NCBI RefSeq assembly: GCF_009834535.1
Contig: NC_045697.1
Location: forward strand, 116,252,001 to 116,316,000
Reading direction: 5' to 3'
DNA: 64,000 bases
DNA from: Camelus ferus
Lineage: Eukaryota
The position numbers and the translations under genes are program-made. The notes beneath the pieces were generated by a model. That model was not told the origin of the DNA. It was given only the letters and a program-made list of their open reading frames with translations, and did no database searches. How positions within the stretch are numbered: the first letter of the stretch is position 1; every line of letters begins with the position of its first letter. This document shows, in pieces, positions 1 through 12,420 of this stretch.

Positions 1-240
1 AAAGACAGAAGTTTGTAAGTATGAATCAACAAGTTATAGAAAGCTCTATTCAAACAGCTGTTACAAACATTGTATACACAAACGTATATTTAGCTCTAAA
101 AAGTGATTATTTAGCTTTTAGGAGGAATGACAAATTGAAAACTTCAAAGTCCCAGAAAAATGACAAAATATTACTACACATAGAAACTTCAGATCACAAA
201 ATTGGAGCACATTAAAAAGTTTTCAAAAAATAAGAGTAAA

Positions 241-391
241 TTTTTTTTTGTGGGGAGGGGGGTAAATTAGGTTTGCTTGTTTATTTATTTGTTTGTTTGT
301 TTGTTTGTTTTTAGAGGAGGTACTGGGGATTGAACCCAGGACCTCATGCATTCAAGGCATGTGCTCTACCACTTGAGCTACACCCTCCCCC
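241..391 (-). mobile_element. tRNA-Ala-derived SINE (camelid vic-1-like)
   Basis: Reverse complement of a GGGAGGGTGTAGCTCAAGTGGTAGAGC...GGGTTCAATCCCCAGTACCTCC head with an (AAAC)n/A-rich tail. Imperfect AGAGTAA flanking duplication. Confidence 0.9.
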
Positions 392-3034
392 ACAACAGAG
401 TAATTTGAAACAAAAAGAATTGACTTAGAACATATAAATCTACATCTTACTTGAAATCAATACTTAAATCAATAGTCATCATGTAGAAATAATTATACTT
501 AAGAGTTACATTCAGTGTTTTATTTATATCTATATATAAAATTCACCCACTGGTATTTTAACCTCTATTTTCAAAGAAGAGACTGTGCTTCAGAAAATTA
601 CTAATCATACATCTAATAAGTAAGCCAAGAAGTTGAATATGTTTATACATTATATATCTGTATTCATTTCTCCCTAACTGTGGCTAAAGGAATACAGCTG
701 TGTAATACATTAAGACTTTCAAAGAGGTCTCCCGAGAATCACTGCATAAACTTAGGAAAACGATGTCTCCTATGCAAAGTAGGTTGGACAAATACTATCA
801 ACCGACAGCACTCATCCATCTTCATCTCCTTCTTTCCGGCCCTTCTGTAATATAGAGGCGGAAAAGGAAAATACTCAAACTGTCAGTCTCCTAGCAACTA
901 GGAGGAGCCACGGACACAGCTCCGGCCAATTGCAAGTACCTGGAGAGGGTGTTCCTTCAAAATGAAAGGCAAACTCTTTCCAAGAAAAGCATTTTCCACC
1001 TCCTCCCTTCTCTCTTCTCCCCTGCTTGGTGGTGCAGCCATCACCTTGGGACTTGGAAAACTAAAATCACTTGCTAAGTAGAATGAACTGGTTTTCTTAG
1101 TGACAACATGACCATCTGCATTAACCCTGCACCGCCTAACTTTAGAGTTCTTACTGTGTGTGGAAAATGAGCCCACAGGTAAGCCTCTGTGTGTGCAGTT
1201 TCTGATAACCTGCAGACTAATGCAAGTCTAACTCAATCCAAGCCAGGAACCAAGTCTATCAAATGGATGTATATTACAAATCATTTTGGTGAATCAATCG
1301 TAAGACATGACTGATGAAAAATCATCTAAGGGAAAAATAAATACCAACTATTGAAAATAATAATACTAATAATAAAAAACGGTAAACACTCTAAAGACTG
1401 TTGAAGAACTTTAAAGCACACAAACATGTTTACTCTGGGAGGCTGATATTACCACACTCACCCATGGTAAAATTTTAGCAATCCTTGACAAAAACAGAAC
1501 AATATGGTGAAGGAAAGGTAAATTTACTTATTCTGAGATTATGACCTTTCTATCTTTGCAACATTAAAATGTCCTTTCTTCTATGAAATGGGGTTAGTGG
1601 GGAACAAGTCTACATTCATCTTAACATGCTCACTTGGCAAAATAAACAGGTGGCAAACCAACATCGGCTCCCCAGAGTTCTGCGAAGCTTTAACAGCCCA
1701 GGAAATGCAAGGGTCTGAGCCCCACTAGCGTTAAGTGACCTGCCCAGGACCACAAAGCAGTTTGTGGTCTGGACATCAGGGTCCAGGCTCATAACCGCTA
1801 TGTTAGATGAAGGAAACACACTAAATAAACTCACAATGACTACTGCATGAATACAATCAAAGACACAAATGTGTAGCTACGAAGGAAAACAGCCACCCCA
1901 CCACATGCAAAGTGGGAACAAGGACTTTCAAAGGGAAATGATTCTACCATGTTGCCTCCCACAGAGTTCCCTCGAAGGGATGGAGATTTAAACCACACCA
2001 AGGAAAATGGAATCAAGACAGGAATTCTCACCCATTACGAGGTAGGTCTCAGATGACCTTAGGTTCAGAGAGTCGCATCTGGGAATACAGAACTTGGGGG
2101 TTTCTGCATACCCGGTCTGCCTCTGGAAGAAGTCTGTGATTCCCCAGTGGAAGGAGCAGGGAGGTCCTCAACGATGTTCCCCCTACAGCCAGCTCCTTGG
2201 TTTACTCCGGCTCTACCAAAGCCAGGGGCCCAACATGAACGAAGCCCAGAAAAGAACTGAAATGCACTTGAATTCTTCTTTACCTCAATTCTTGGCATCT
2301 TAGGCTACTGTATTTCAATTTTTTTTTTAACTTATGAGTTTTTCAAACTCATCTCTGGTTGTTTGGAAATGTATCAATGTAATCAAGCATTTTCTTAATC
2401 CAACAACTAAATCATGTATCTTGGATGGCCAAACATTTCTCACAACTCAATCAAGAATTTTCTAACAAATAGGAGTGTGCTTAAAAGAAAGCAGAGTTTG
2501 TAAGACTGCATAATGTAGCTTAGGGAAGAAATCAGAAACCTACTGCCTTGAAGGATTCCAACAGTTACATACAGAACAACTGGATGCATGTTAAACAGGG
2601 TTGGCCAACACCTACACACTTTCACAGGTTTTATTTTATAAGATTGGAGTTGCTTCAAAGCCGGGCCGGCTGTTTCCTTTTTCACAGGTGCCCTCAGATG
2701 CAATTTGTTATCAAAAACATCAAACAGAAAAAATCTTATTAAAATATAGAAAATAAATGGTTTTATCTTTACAATTGAAAAGAGTAAGGATCTTCCAGCT
2801 TTAACTTATTTGTAGTTATCTGAAACATCAGGGCCCGTATTTTTCAATCCAATCTTCCGGCACCAACTTCAGTAACAGGGGAAAAATTTTAAAAGTACAC
2901 AGTATACAAAAACAGCATGCATCCTCCAGGATTTACCACACACACACACAAAAAAAGGAAGGTAGGTGGCTAACGTGAGGGAGTGAGGGTTGGGGGAGAC
3001 TGGCATTGTAACTGAAATGCAACAGCATATATGA

Positions 3035-3035
<1 letters not shown>

Positions 3036-3095
<60 letters not shown>

Positions 3096-3103
3096 TATAT
3101 ATA
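3036..3103. repeat. Compound (TA)n(CA)n microsatellite
   Basis: Direct reading. Confidence 0.95.
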
Positions 3104-3869
3104 AATATAAAACTAGTTCAAGGTAGAAATCTCTCTACAAATCTTTTTTTATATATATATAAATTTTTAATTCTTTTTTTTCCTTTTTGGAGCCTGGTAG
3201 GAAAAGTGCAGAGGAAAGAACTGCACACACAGCCAGAAGGTACCATCCTCAGATGTAACAGTGCCTCTGACCAGCCCTCTTAAACACGCCCTTGCCATTC
3301 CCTTGTCTCCCTCCCACCCCCTCACTCCTACCAAAAGTAACAATTTAAAGAATTTTTAAGTTCACAGGAAAGGAAAAGGAGGAGGGGGAACCTGTGGACT
3401 TGATTTCGCATAGACTGACCTCCTTCCACCACAACCACAATTTCCTTTCTGCAGTGCTTAATGTGCATGTTGTATTTTACCTCCTACACACTTTTTCTTA
3501 CAACAAAAACTCTAATTTACTTACACTCAAGATCATGAAACATTCACAACTGGTAAAATACACTGCATCTTGTGAATATCTACAAAATCCAGATGGGAAT
3601 AAGGGTTAAATAGTTAAAAGTTACTGTTTTAGCTCTTCTTGTCCATTGTTTAGAAGCTTGTGTGTGTATGTATTTTAAATTTCCTCTAATAGATTGCTTT
3701 AACCATGTCACTAATGGTCCAAGGTATACAAATATTTAGCTAAAAGGCACTGAGCTCTTCATTAAGATTAAAGATTAAATCATTAATCAGGAAAAAGATT
3801 TTTTTTTAATATCTTAATTTGGTAGCCCCTCTTCAGAGTCACAATAAAACCCTAAAAGCTATGTGGTTT

Positions 3870-4630
3870 TTTACTTTTAATTTTGAAAGTACTTTAGACT
3901 AAAAAAGTTATTTAAAACAATAGTTCGGAGATCCTATATATGCTTTATGCAGCTGCCCATAATTTATTATCTAAAACAAACACAGTAAAATTATCTATTC
4001 AAATTTCACCAGTTTTCCTAATAATTTGTTTTTGTTTTTTCTGGTCCAGGACTGAATCTAGGACCCACATCTCATCTGGTTATCCTGCATCCTTAGGCTC
4101 CTCCGATCTGGGACAACCTGGGCACTTCTGAGTACTGGCCATTTTGTGGACTGTCCTAAAATGTGAGTCTGTCTGGTATTTCCTGCACTCAAACTGAAGG
4201 GTGTTGATGTGTCTGCCCATATAATTTCAATCACCTAGCGATCTGCTGTCTGCTGGTTTCTTTACTATCAAATTATTGATTTCCCCTTTATAACTAATTG
4301 ATTAATCTCGTGGGGGAAGACACTTGGAGCCGATGGAAATATTCTGATGGATGCTATTTCTCATCAGACTCTCCCCCACTCATTTTGGCATCTACTGATC
4401 CTTGCTTGCAACAATTATGACTGGGATGTGTGCCTCCTGGTGATTTTCCATTTCCATCAGGCGTTCTACATTTTTTATTGGAATTCTACTGCAACAAAGA
4501 GCTGTCTCTTCTCCTCCATTTATTTATTTATTCGATGGTTTACTTACATTGGCATGAGCTCATGGATATTCTTCCCCTAGAGGTTATAATCCTTCTTTAT
4601 TTTGTCGTTCAAATTGCCCCCTGGGCGACC
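3870..4630 (-). mobile_element. Ancient degenerate L1M-type fragment
   Basis: Degenerate L1M 3' region-like motifs (TTTCACCAGTTTTCC...TTCTGGTCCAGGA; TTTTGTCGTTCAAATTG). Confidence 0.5.
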
Positions 4631-5004
4631 TTCATAAATACAGTCATTAAACTTCCTTCTGAATTGTAATACTCCACTTCAGTTGGGGAAGATCAAGTAA
4701 ATTCTTCGAATGAGGGGTCACTGATGGTAAGTCTGGCTTTACCACTTACATTGTGACCAAAAAACACTTTTCTATGGGGAAAAAAAAAACTATATATATT
4801 GAAATATATCAAATGTGCTGTACCCTCACAACTCTTGCTCATCCAAGACCTTTACTCTTTATTATATATGTCATTATTGAATTTTCTAATCACTGTCACT
4901 AAGTCCACCTTACCCTGTACTGTGCCCATCCCCAAATATTTTTGGTATTTCAAGAACACAGCACAAACCACTTAGAGACAATCGGAGAAATCATTTTAGC
5001 CAAA

Positions 5005-5385
5005 AGGTAATGAGCCTTAATTACGCTGAGTGAAAAAAAAAAAAAAAAAAAAAAAAGCTGATCCAAAAGGTCAAACACTGTGATTGCATTTATACAACAT
5101 TCTTGAAATGACAAAAGTATAGCAACGGAGAACAGGTGAGTCCTTGCCAGAGGGAGGGTTGGGGAGTGAGTGTGGTTATAAAAGGTAACAAGAGGCACTC
5201 CTGCGGTGGCGGAGTCCTGCATGTAGGTAGGCTGTATCACCGCCAGCATCCCGGTTGTGACACGACACTCCAGTTTTACAAGGTACCCGTAATGGGGAAA
5301 ACGGCGTAAGGGGTACACAGGAGCTCTGCGTTAGTAATTACAACTGCACATGAATCTACAATTGTCTCAAACAAACAAAAAAAAT
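5005..5385 (+). mobile_element. Ancient L1M (MB/MC-type) 3' end
   Basis: TACGCTGAGTGAAAAA...TTTATACAACATTCTTGAAATGACAAAA...ACAACTGCACATGAATCTACAATT. Confidence 0.75.
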
Positions 5386-6002
5386 TTTTTAAAGATAATG
5401 AATTTCAACTCTAGATTGAATATTCCGCAGGATAAGATAATCAGCACTGTGCCCCAGCCCCTCAGACCCACTGGCTGCTAGCTGGCTGCTGGGGAAGTTA
5501 CTATCAGGCCTCCCGGGAGCAACCGGCTCACGGCTAACCTTTAGGGTCTCTCCTCCCCTGGTTAGCTTTTCTGTTGCGGAGGAACAAATACCACAGGCCA
5601 GGGAAGGACAGAAGGGGCCACGGGCCAATAAGGGTGGGCTGGTCAACTGAGCCACCAGCAGTGAACAGCATCCCGGCGTCAGTTCTCATCTCAAGTCATT
5701 TGGCTCATATTAAACAGCTGAGAAGTTCTAAACCTTCACAATCTACAACTTCCAATTCGTAGAAGGCAAGCCATGAGAACTGTAGTGGGAGGAAAGGGGG
5801 CGTTAGTTCCAATGACAAAACAAGGTTCTCGTTCAAGTCACACCAACTCCTTCAAAACACTTTTTATTGCTTAATGGGCATGAAAGCATAGAAATGGTGC
5901 CAAGAGAATTTAAAATGCAAGGACTAAACCTCCCGCTCCACAGAAGCTAACCCCCCACCATCACACCAATTGACTGAAGAAGTAAATACCTGAACACAGC
6001 AA

Positions 6003-6003
<1 letters not shown>

Positions 6004-6046
<43 letters not shown>
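6004..6046. repeat. (CA)n microsatellite, ~21 units
   Basis: Direct reading. Confidence 0.95.
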
Positions 6047-6052
<6 letters not shown>

Positions 6053-7199
6053 GAAATGGCACAGCAGTTCAGCAAGTGCTGGTTAATTAGCATGTGAGAC
6101 CAGAGACGGTGGTGGTTGTTTTTTTTTTCCTGAAAAGATAAAAATCCTAACAGTGAATATAACGTGGCCATCAGCGCACTTCCCCCCACCCAGGCTGATA
6201 TGATCACCGATAATGTGTTTTTACTCACTATATATATTCGAGCTCTGGCAAAGCTGCACAAGACCAATTATGTCTACTAAAAATTCTTTCTCCTTCCTAA
6301 TTTCAATGTTAATTCATCTATCTAACCAAAAAATGGTGTGGGGAGGCGAGTAAGGAACTGTCCCCACAGACCTGCTACAATTGTCACCTTGGGCCAACTC
6401 AAGTCAACTGTAACCTTCAACTCAGGTGTTCCTCAACTCTTCCGAAGGATGGAACGTCTAGAAATCACATTACCATTACAGACATACAAAAATACTAACG
6501 TATTTAGCAGAATGATGTGATAAATTAGATACTGTGTATTAGATTCCAGAATGTACATGTAGAAGACATCAAAGTTTAAGGGAAAATAATGTGATTTTTT
6601 AAAAAATCTTAAAAATCAAGACAATTACATTCGACCGCTTGGGTTTTCTTCCTGGGAGCTGAGTGTCCGTCATTGTCATGTGCCACAAGCAGGCTGCACT
6701 GGCGTACACGTGTGCCCAGTGTGATACACGAGCAGCTGGTGGACACGTGCACACAGCGGACTCTACCTTGTCACTGGGGCTCCCAACCACCCAGCCCCGA
6801 AGACCAGACCTCTACTCGCTATCCTCAGACCACAAGCGTCTACACCACATGCAGTCATTTTCCATCCACCTCTCATCCCTTGGGCTCCAGGTACCCTGAA
6901 CAAAGGCCCACCTGTGTTTCCTCACAACCGCATGTGCTACCCAACATGACAATGGGTTTGTCTGGACTGTCCTTCATCTCCTCCTGTCCTCTGGCAGCGT
7001 GAGTTCCTGCTCCCCTAATGTGCAACACACACGCATGCCCTAAGACTTAACACGCCTCTCTTCAGTGTTGGCACGGGACTGCTGTCACAGCACTAATGAA
7101 TCACATCCTACTCAAGGACACAACAGATTGGGGAGTGGCTTGAAGGACCGACGTCTCATTTCATCCATGAATTCCCAAGGCCTGCTAAATAACAGGCAC

Positions 7200-7330
7200 T
7201 GCATTAAAACGCGATACCGTAAGAGCTAATGTTAGGCGCTGCACTCAGCGGTAAACGGACTTCCTTCCACTCAATCCACAAGATAACCTCAGAAAGCTAT
7301 AATCTACATTTTACAGATGAGAAAACTGTT
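7200..7330 (-). mobile_element. MIR fragment
   Basis: CATTTTACAGATGAGAAAACTG core. Confidence 0.6.
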
Positions 7331-7748
7331 ACCGGAAATGGGTGAGGGGAGGGCACGGCCCCTAAAATACAGATTATCAAGGAACTAACACCTGCGCCCA
7401 TGTCCCCATACCTCTTTATGCTCGTCTCGATCAAAGTTAGTTGAGGTCATTCCAGCTCCCTTTCGCTCCCTATAAAACTTACAAAGTAAGTAACAAAGCT
7501 AAAGAAAGAGTAAGTTTTCAAATGAGTCAAGAAAACATACTCCACCTTTTTAAAAGGTTATTGTATCTGTATTTCAAATAGTTAATTTATGTCTGAGGTA
7601 TATACTCCTATTTATTTATGTAATATTACTATATTTGTGTGATTTGAATTTCAAACATCACCGAAGGCAGACTTTACTGTGATCATTTAACTCCCCCCAG
7701 AATCCACCTGCATAAACTTTTTTCAGGCCAGCGGTAATTTTTTTAGAA

Positions 7749-7850
7749 GGGTGAGTACAGCTCAGTGGTAGATCATATGCTTAGCATGCATGAGGTCCTG
7801 GGTTCAATCCCCAGTACCTCCATTTAAAAAAAAAAAAGAAAGGAAAAACT
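7749..7850 (+). mobile_element. tRNA-Ala-derived SINE
   Basis: AGCTCAGTGGTAGA...GCTTAGCATGCATGAGGTCCTGGGTTCAATCCCCAGTACCTCCA followed by an A tail. Confidence 0.9.
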
Positions 7851-10800
7851 CATTCACACATAGTAATTTTTTTATAAGAAAGAAACATTGTGAGTTTTCT
7901 TACAAAGCTATGAAGCAAAGAATCTCCGATTTCAAGAACAGAGCTTTGGGGAGATAGTGTATTGGCCACCCCCCACCCCTTCTTTTTAAATACTGAGACA
8001 CAATAAATAAAATAAAGTGATAGGAGGTTACAGACAGTTTTGTTTTTATTTTATGTCCTACTCGAGAGGAAAAAACTGCAATGAGTTGGCAACCAGGTAG
8101 TCCTCTTCCTTTTTTTAATTTTTTGAGTGTTCTGTGAAATCTGAAGGGCTCTGTTAAGCCAGCTTCCACACAGCACTGCAGCTGGAGAGATTCACTCTGA
8201 ACCTCGGCCAAGCTATGCAAAGCTAATTATGGAACTGTTAATTAATAAATGTTTAAAAGGTTATTTGAAGGCAACTAAGTTTCCACCAACATTGCAAAGG
8301 AGTGTTAATAATTTTTATCATAAATTTAAGTCCTCACATGTTCAAAGTCTCATGCTAATAGAGTTTGAAAAAAAATTTTTTTCACTAATAAGTGTGCATT
8401 TTTTTAACCTACAAATTCAGATTATCATTGTTATGAAACCTAAATGCTTGTAGCCAAACAGGCATTACTTTGTGAGACACGCTTTCCAAAATTGCACCCA
8501 GATTATTCAGTTGTGTTTTATGAACAAAAACTACTTAAGAAAAAAATATTTATTACTAGAGCCCCAAAATGAGCCAAAGTACAAAGTATAAACTGTCAAA
8601 ATATGAAACTGCTCATAAATAATGATAAAAAAGAAATGGAAATTTTTACTGTAATAGACACAATTCTTCCATTAGATTTGAAAGTTAAATTTTCACCAGA
8701 GTTACTCTTTTGTGCAGATTCTCATAATTTAAAGTTCTCTGGGCTAAAGGTACTTTTTCAGCCCTCTGGTTATGATTCAAGATGTACTGTACTGAGTGAC
8801 TTTACAAAGAATTAAGTCTTGTGCTGTTATGAGCTCTCCCATGACAAATTTATGAATTAGTGACTAAATCAAAAGGTGTAATAGCCAAAAAAAAAAAAAA
8901 AAGTTTTCCAATAGTGAAGAACAAAGTTAACAAATTATTAACTAGGAAGGGACGAGGTGGGAGGTGTTTTACACAAGCCATTTTAAAAAGTAACTTTTAC
9001 AACTAGCTAAAAACACATCATGTTAGATCTTAAAAGTAGAAGAAACAATTCTGCAATAGATGTTTCACCTGAAAAACTAAAAACGGGCGATTAAACACTC
9101 TACATAAGCAATCTGAAAGGGTTTGAACTCAAGAAGTTAATAAAATGGTTTAGACAAATCATTTTATTGTTTAAAGCCTTGGGGGGGAAGCTGTTTATAA
9201 TTTATTTACATCTTTTACTTCACTAAATTGCGTAGGTGACCAAGCTTCCCATTTAAGTGATTAAAGACAGAAACCCAAATAGTTTATTTAATAAAGCAAT
9301 TACTTAAGAGTCCTGTTTTTCAACAGAGGTGCACTGAAATACATCAACAGAACATTTAGTGTTCCTTATTTTCCAGGAGGTTTGTTATCAGGAATACAGT
9401 GCCCACTGACTAGAACTTAACCACTTTTCAGACACACAATATGGGACACACATTGCATCAAAGACGGCTTTCTTCCTCCTCCCCAAGGATCAGGTGAGTG
9501 ACAGCCCCTTAAAGCTGAATATGTGAGATCTGCCTAAAACTTCGGGTGACAATTTTTGTTGTTGTTTCTCCTTACTATTCCCTGTCTAGTGACATACCTA
9601 AATAAATGGGAAAATGGGTTCCCACTGGGCATGAAAAGCTCCCTAATTTTATAATAGTTTTCCAAGTCCCTGTGTTTACAGAGCCTCTCCTCACCCCCAG
9701 ATTCTCTTCCAGCTAACTCCTTAGGTTACACCAGCGACATCACGAATACTTCTAGACAGTTGACTGACCTAGTACAAAAGTATGTCTTCACAGTTTGGGA
9801 GAGAAACTGGGTTGGTGGGGTTGAAAAAAAAAAAAAGAAAAAGAATTCAACAACAACACCACAAAAATCAATTTTCCTCTCTTTTTTTAAAGTACCTTTC
9901 TTCTGCCTGTCGTGAGAATCACACAAACTCCTCTACCAAGGCTATTCTGAGAAACAGAAGCACAACAGCAAAACTTTCCTAATTCATATCCTTCTGTTCG
10001 TATCAAGTTTATATAAGTTTGCTTTTCTATTACAAAATCCTAACTCGAGCACCCATGAGAAAAGATAGTACAGAAAAACTTCCAGCTTTTGCCTTCACAA
10101 AGCACTCAGTATCAAAAGCACCTTGTACCAAAACATTTTTTACTTTTGAGCATATTTCAAACTTTTAGAAGATTAACAAGCCAGTAAAGATGGAAAACAC
10201 ATTTCAACTACATTTCACATTTCCAACTACTTTCTCTCTTTAAAATAATAATAAGTAATCACCAAGTGAGCGTCAAAGTTAGCAATATGGACACTTACGA
10301 ATGTTCAAAACGTTTGGTAAGTTTCCCTGCGTTTACTTTTTCTATGAAGGTGTGGTGGGGGGAACATACTGTTTTCAGATGGTCCCTGAAGCTTTCACGT
10401 TGTGGGGTTAGTAGTCACTGGCCAAGCTCTATGCTGGGCCGGTTTTTACTCCATTCTCCACAACTGGCACGGGAACAGGAACGTTTAACAGTTCACTTCT
10501 CGGGCACAATCCACCCGCTGTCACAGTGGAGGTTTTGTCTTCCAGTTTTGTTTGGTGACCCACCCCCTCAACTTTCCACCCACCTGATAGTAGGTTTCAC
10601 GTCACTGCTATTCTAATCAGCCAGCCAAAGACACCACTTCGCCTCTAATTTCCACGAAAGGCCTCTGACATCATTTTCTGACCAGCCTGGCTAGGTTCTA
10701 ATATTCTCAGCATGTATGATTTCACTTGGCACTTCAAACACTGGAAGGTATTGAAATATTTCGCTGAAATTTGCTTTTCCACCACACTGTGACCGGGAAC

Positions 10801-12173
10801 GTGCATTTTCAGATACACAAGACTGATTCCACTGACAAGTGTAAAACAAACAGCAGATGAAGAAGGCACAGCAGAGGAAGGGCAACAAGGTCAAAACAGG
10901 ACATTCTTTGTTTTTGACAAAACAATACTGCAGAAGAGGAATTTTCTGGAGTCACTGTGAAATGAATTTTCTTGTAAAACTATCACCCATCTTCCACACG
11001 TTTGGTAAATATGTGCAATCTACCCATCATCCCCAGATGTGATGGCTCTGCCAGAAAAAAAAATCAAGAATCAAAAACGGTACCAGGTGCCACTCCTGGG
11101 CCTTGTCCAAAGACAGACAGTGGAAGATGCTATGTTATTCTGTTCTCCCTGCATTAAATAATAACAATCAACGTCAGAGAAGCAGAGCATTTGGATGTGA
11201 ACAGATGGCATCTAACACCTAACAAGCAAAGCAACTCTTTCAAGCACTAGATCCTAAATGTCTGATGGTCCCAAGGATCAGGAGGGCTTATTTGTCTTAA
11301 GACGGTTGGCAGCGGGATGCCCTGGAGTCACTATCCCCACGCTTAGGAACGTGCGTCATTATCCAGTCAGCCACTAAAAGCAAAAAAGTAAAATAAAATA
11401 AAACCACCACATTTTTATAAAATTTCCCCCTCTCAAGTCCAACTTCAGACGATCAAATCCAAAACCATCAGCAATTCCTCCACTTCAAGCAAGAGAAAAA
11501 ATAAGCCTGAAGGTAAACGAACGCTTAAAACTAACAAACTTATCTAATTTTGACGGGGTTGTGCAACAGCGAAAGAACCCGCAGGGTGCCCTTCCTGGGG
11601 GTGTATCTGAATCTGCTCTGCAGTTGTCTGCGATTGAAACTAAACCCAAGAACCGAGCGGTTCAACTTTTCCCCCTCTTCGTTAGAAAGCAGCAGCCCTT
11701 TCTCCAAAAAGCAAAATAGCAAATATACCAACATCTCAACGCTGTATGCCGAAGACCACCACGGCTCTGTCTTTGGTAGAAGCCCTGCAAGTTTCCTCCT
11801 CTACCTCTGCAGACACCAGGGAACTCTGGAAGGTGGACGGGGCCGCAAGCACTGGGAAGGGAGCCTGCGACCAGGCTGGCAGGAGGGGCCGGCCAGGGGA
11901 GGTGACCACCCTCTCCCCACCAGAGACTCACAGGCCCGACGCGCGGCTAGAATTGGGGATGCTCGAAGGAGACTTTTCTCCTCCGCGGTGGGAAGGTCAG
12001 CTGCGGCGAAAAGAAGATCCCAGAGAGGGGACCTTAAGGCCAGGATGGACAGGGGAGAAGACGCCGCGATGGGATGCCATAGGAAGTTGGGCTCCTGATG
12101 AGAAGCGGGCGCGCGGGGCGCACCGCGCTGGGGGGGGGGGGGGCGGGGAGGGCGCGGCCGGCGCGGGGCTCAC

Positions 12174-12242
12174 CTGGGGGGTCCTCTCGGCCGGGTTCTT
12201 CATCACAGCCTGGCGGAAGCTGTTATCCACGTAGGACGCCAT
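12174..12242 (-). CDS. RAPGEF2: First coding exon of Rap guanine nucleotide exchange factor 2 (PDZ-GEF1), long isoform; 23 codons, phase-0 donor; remaining exons lie left of the window
   Basis: ATG at 12242-12240 in context GGAGATGG. Translates MASYVDNSFRQAVMKNPAERTPQ, then a CAG|GTGAGC donor (intron starts 12173). Matches the recalled RAPGEF2 long-isoform N-terminus (MASYVDNSFRQAVMKNPPERTPQ|DLEIVY...). Lies in a CpG island and is divergent from C4orf45, as in the recalled human gene order. Confidence 0.93.
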
Positions 12243-12305
12243 CTCCCCCCGCGGCCCGGGCCGGGGCCGCTTCGCGCCCTCGGCCGCCTCCTCCCGGCCC
12301 AGCGC

Positions 12306-12326
12306 GCCGCCGCCGCCGCCGCCGCC
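12306..12326. repeat. (GCC)7 trinucleotide repeat; reads (GGC)7 on the RAPGEF2 strand
   Basis: Counted directly. Confidence 0.95.
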
Positions 12327-12374
12327 TCCGCCCTGCGCGCTCCGCCCGCCCGCCTCGGGCCAACCAGCCAAACC

Positions 12375-12375
<1 letters not shown>

Positions 12376-12420
<45 letters not shown>
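12376..12420. repeat. Pure (CGG)15 trinucleotide repeat; reads (CCG)15 on the RAPGEF2 strand
   Basis: Counted directly: 45 nt uninterrupted. Confidence 0.95.

Noticed and set aside
11997..12173. Read-through of the RAPGEF2 ORF past TPQ (VSPAPAAPSPPPP...)
   Set aside because: Lies beyond a consensus CAG|GTGAG donor; intronic.
1..12173. Further RAPGEF2 exons (expected DLEIVYSYLHGMEAL...) or a nested gene in intron 1
   Set aside because: No matching sequence found by eye; exon 2 is presumably outside the window.
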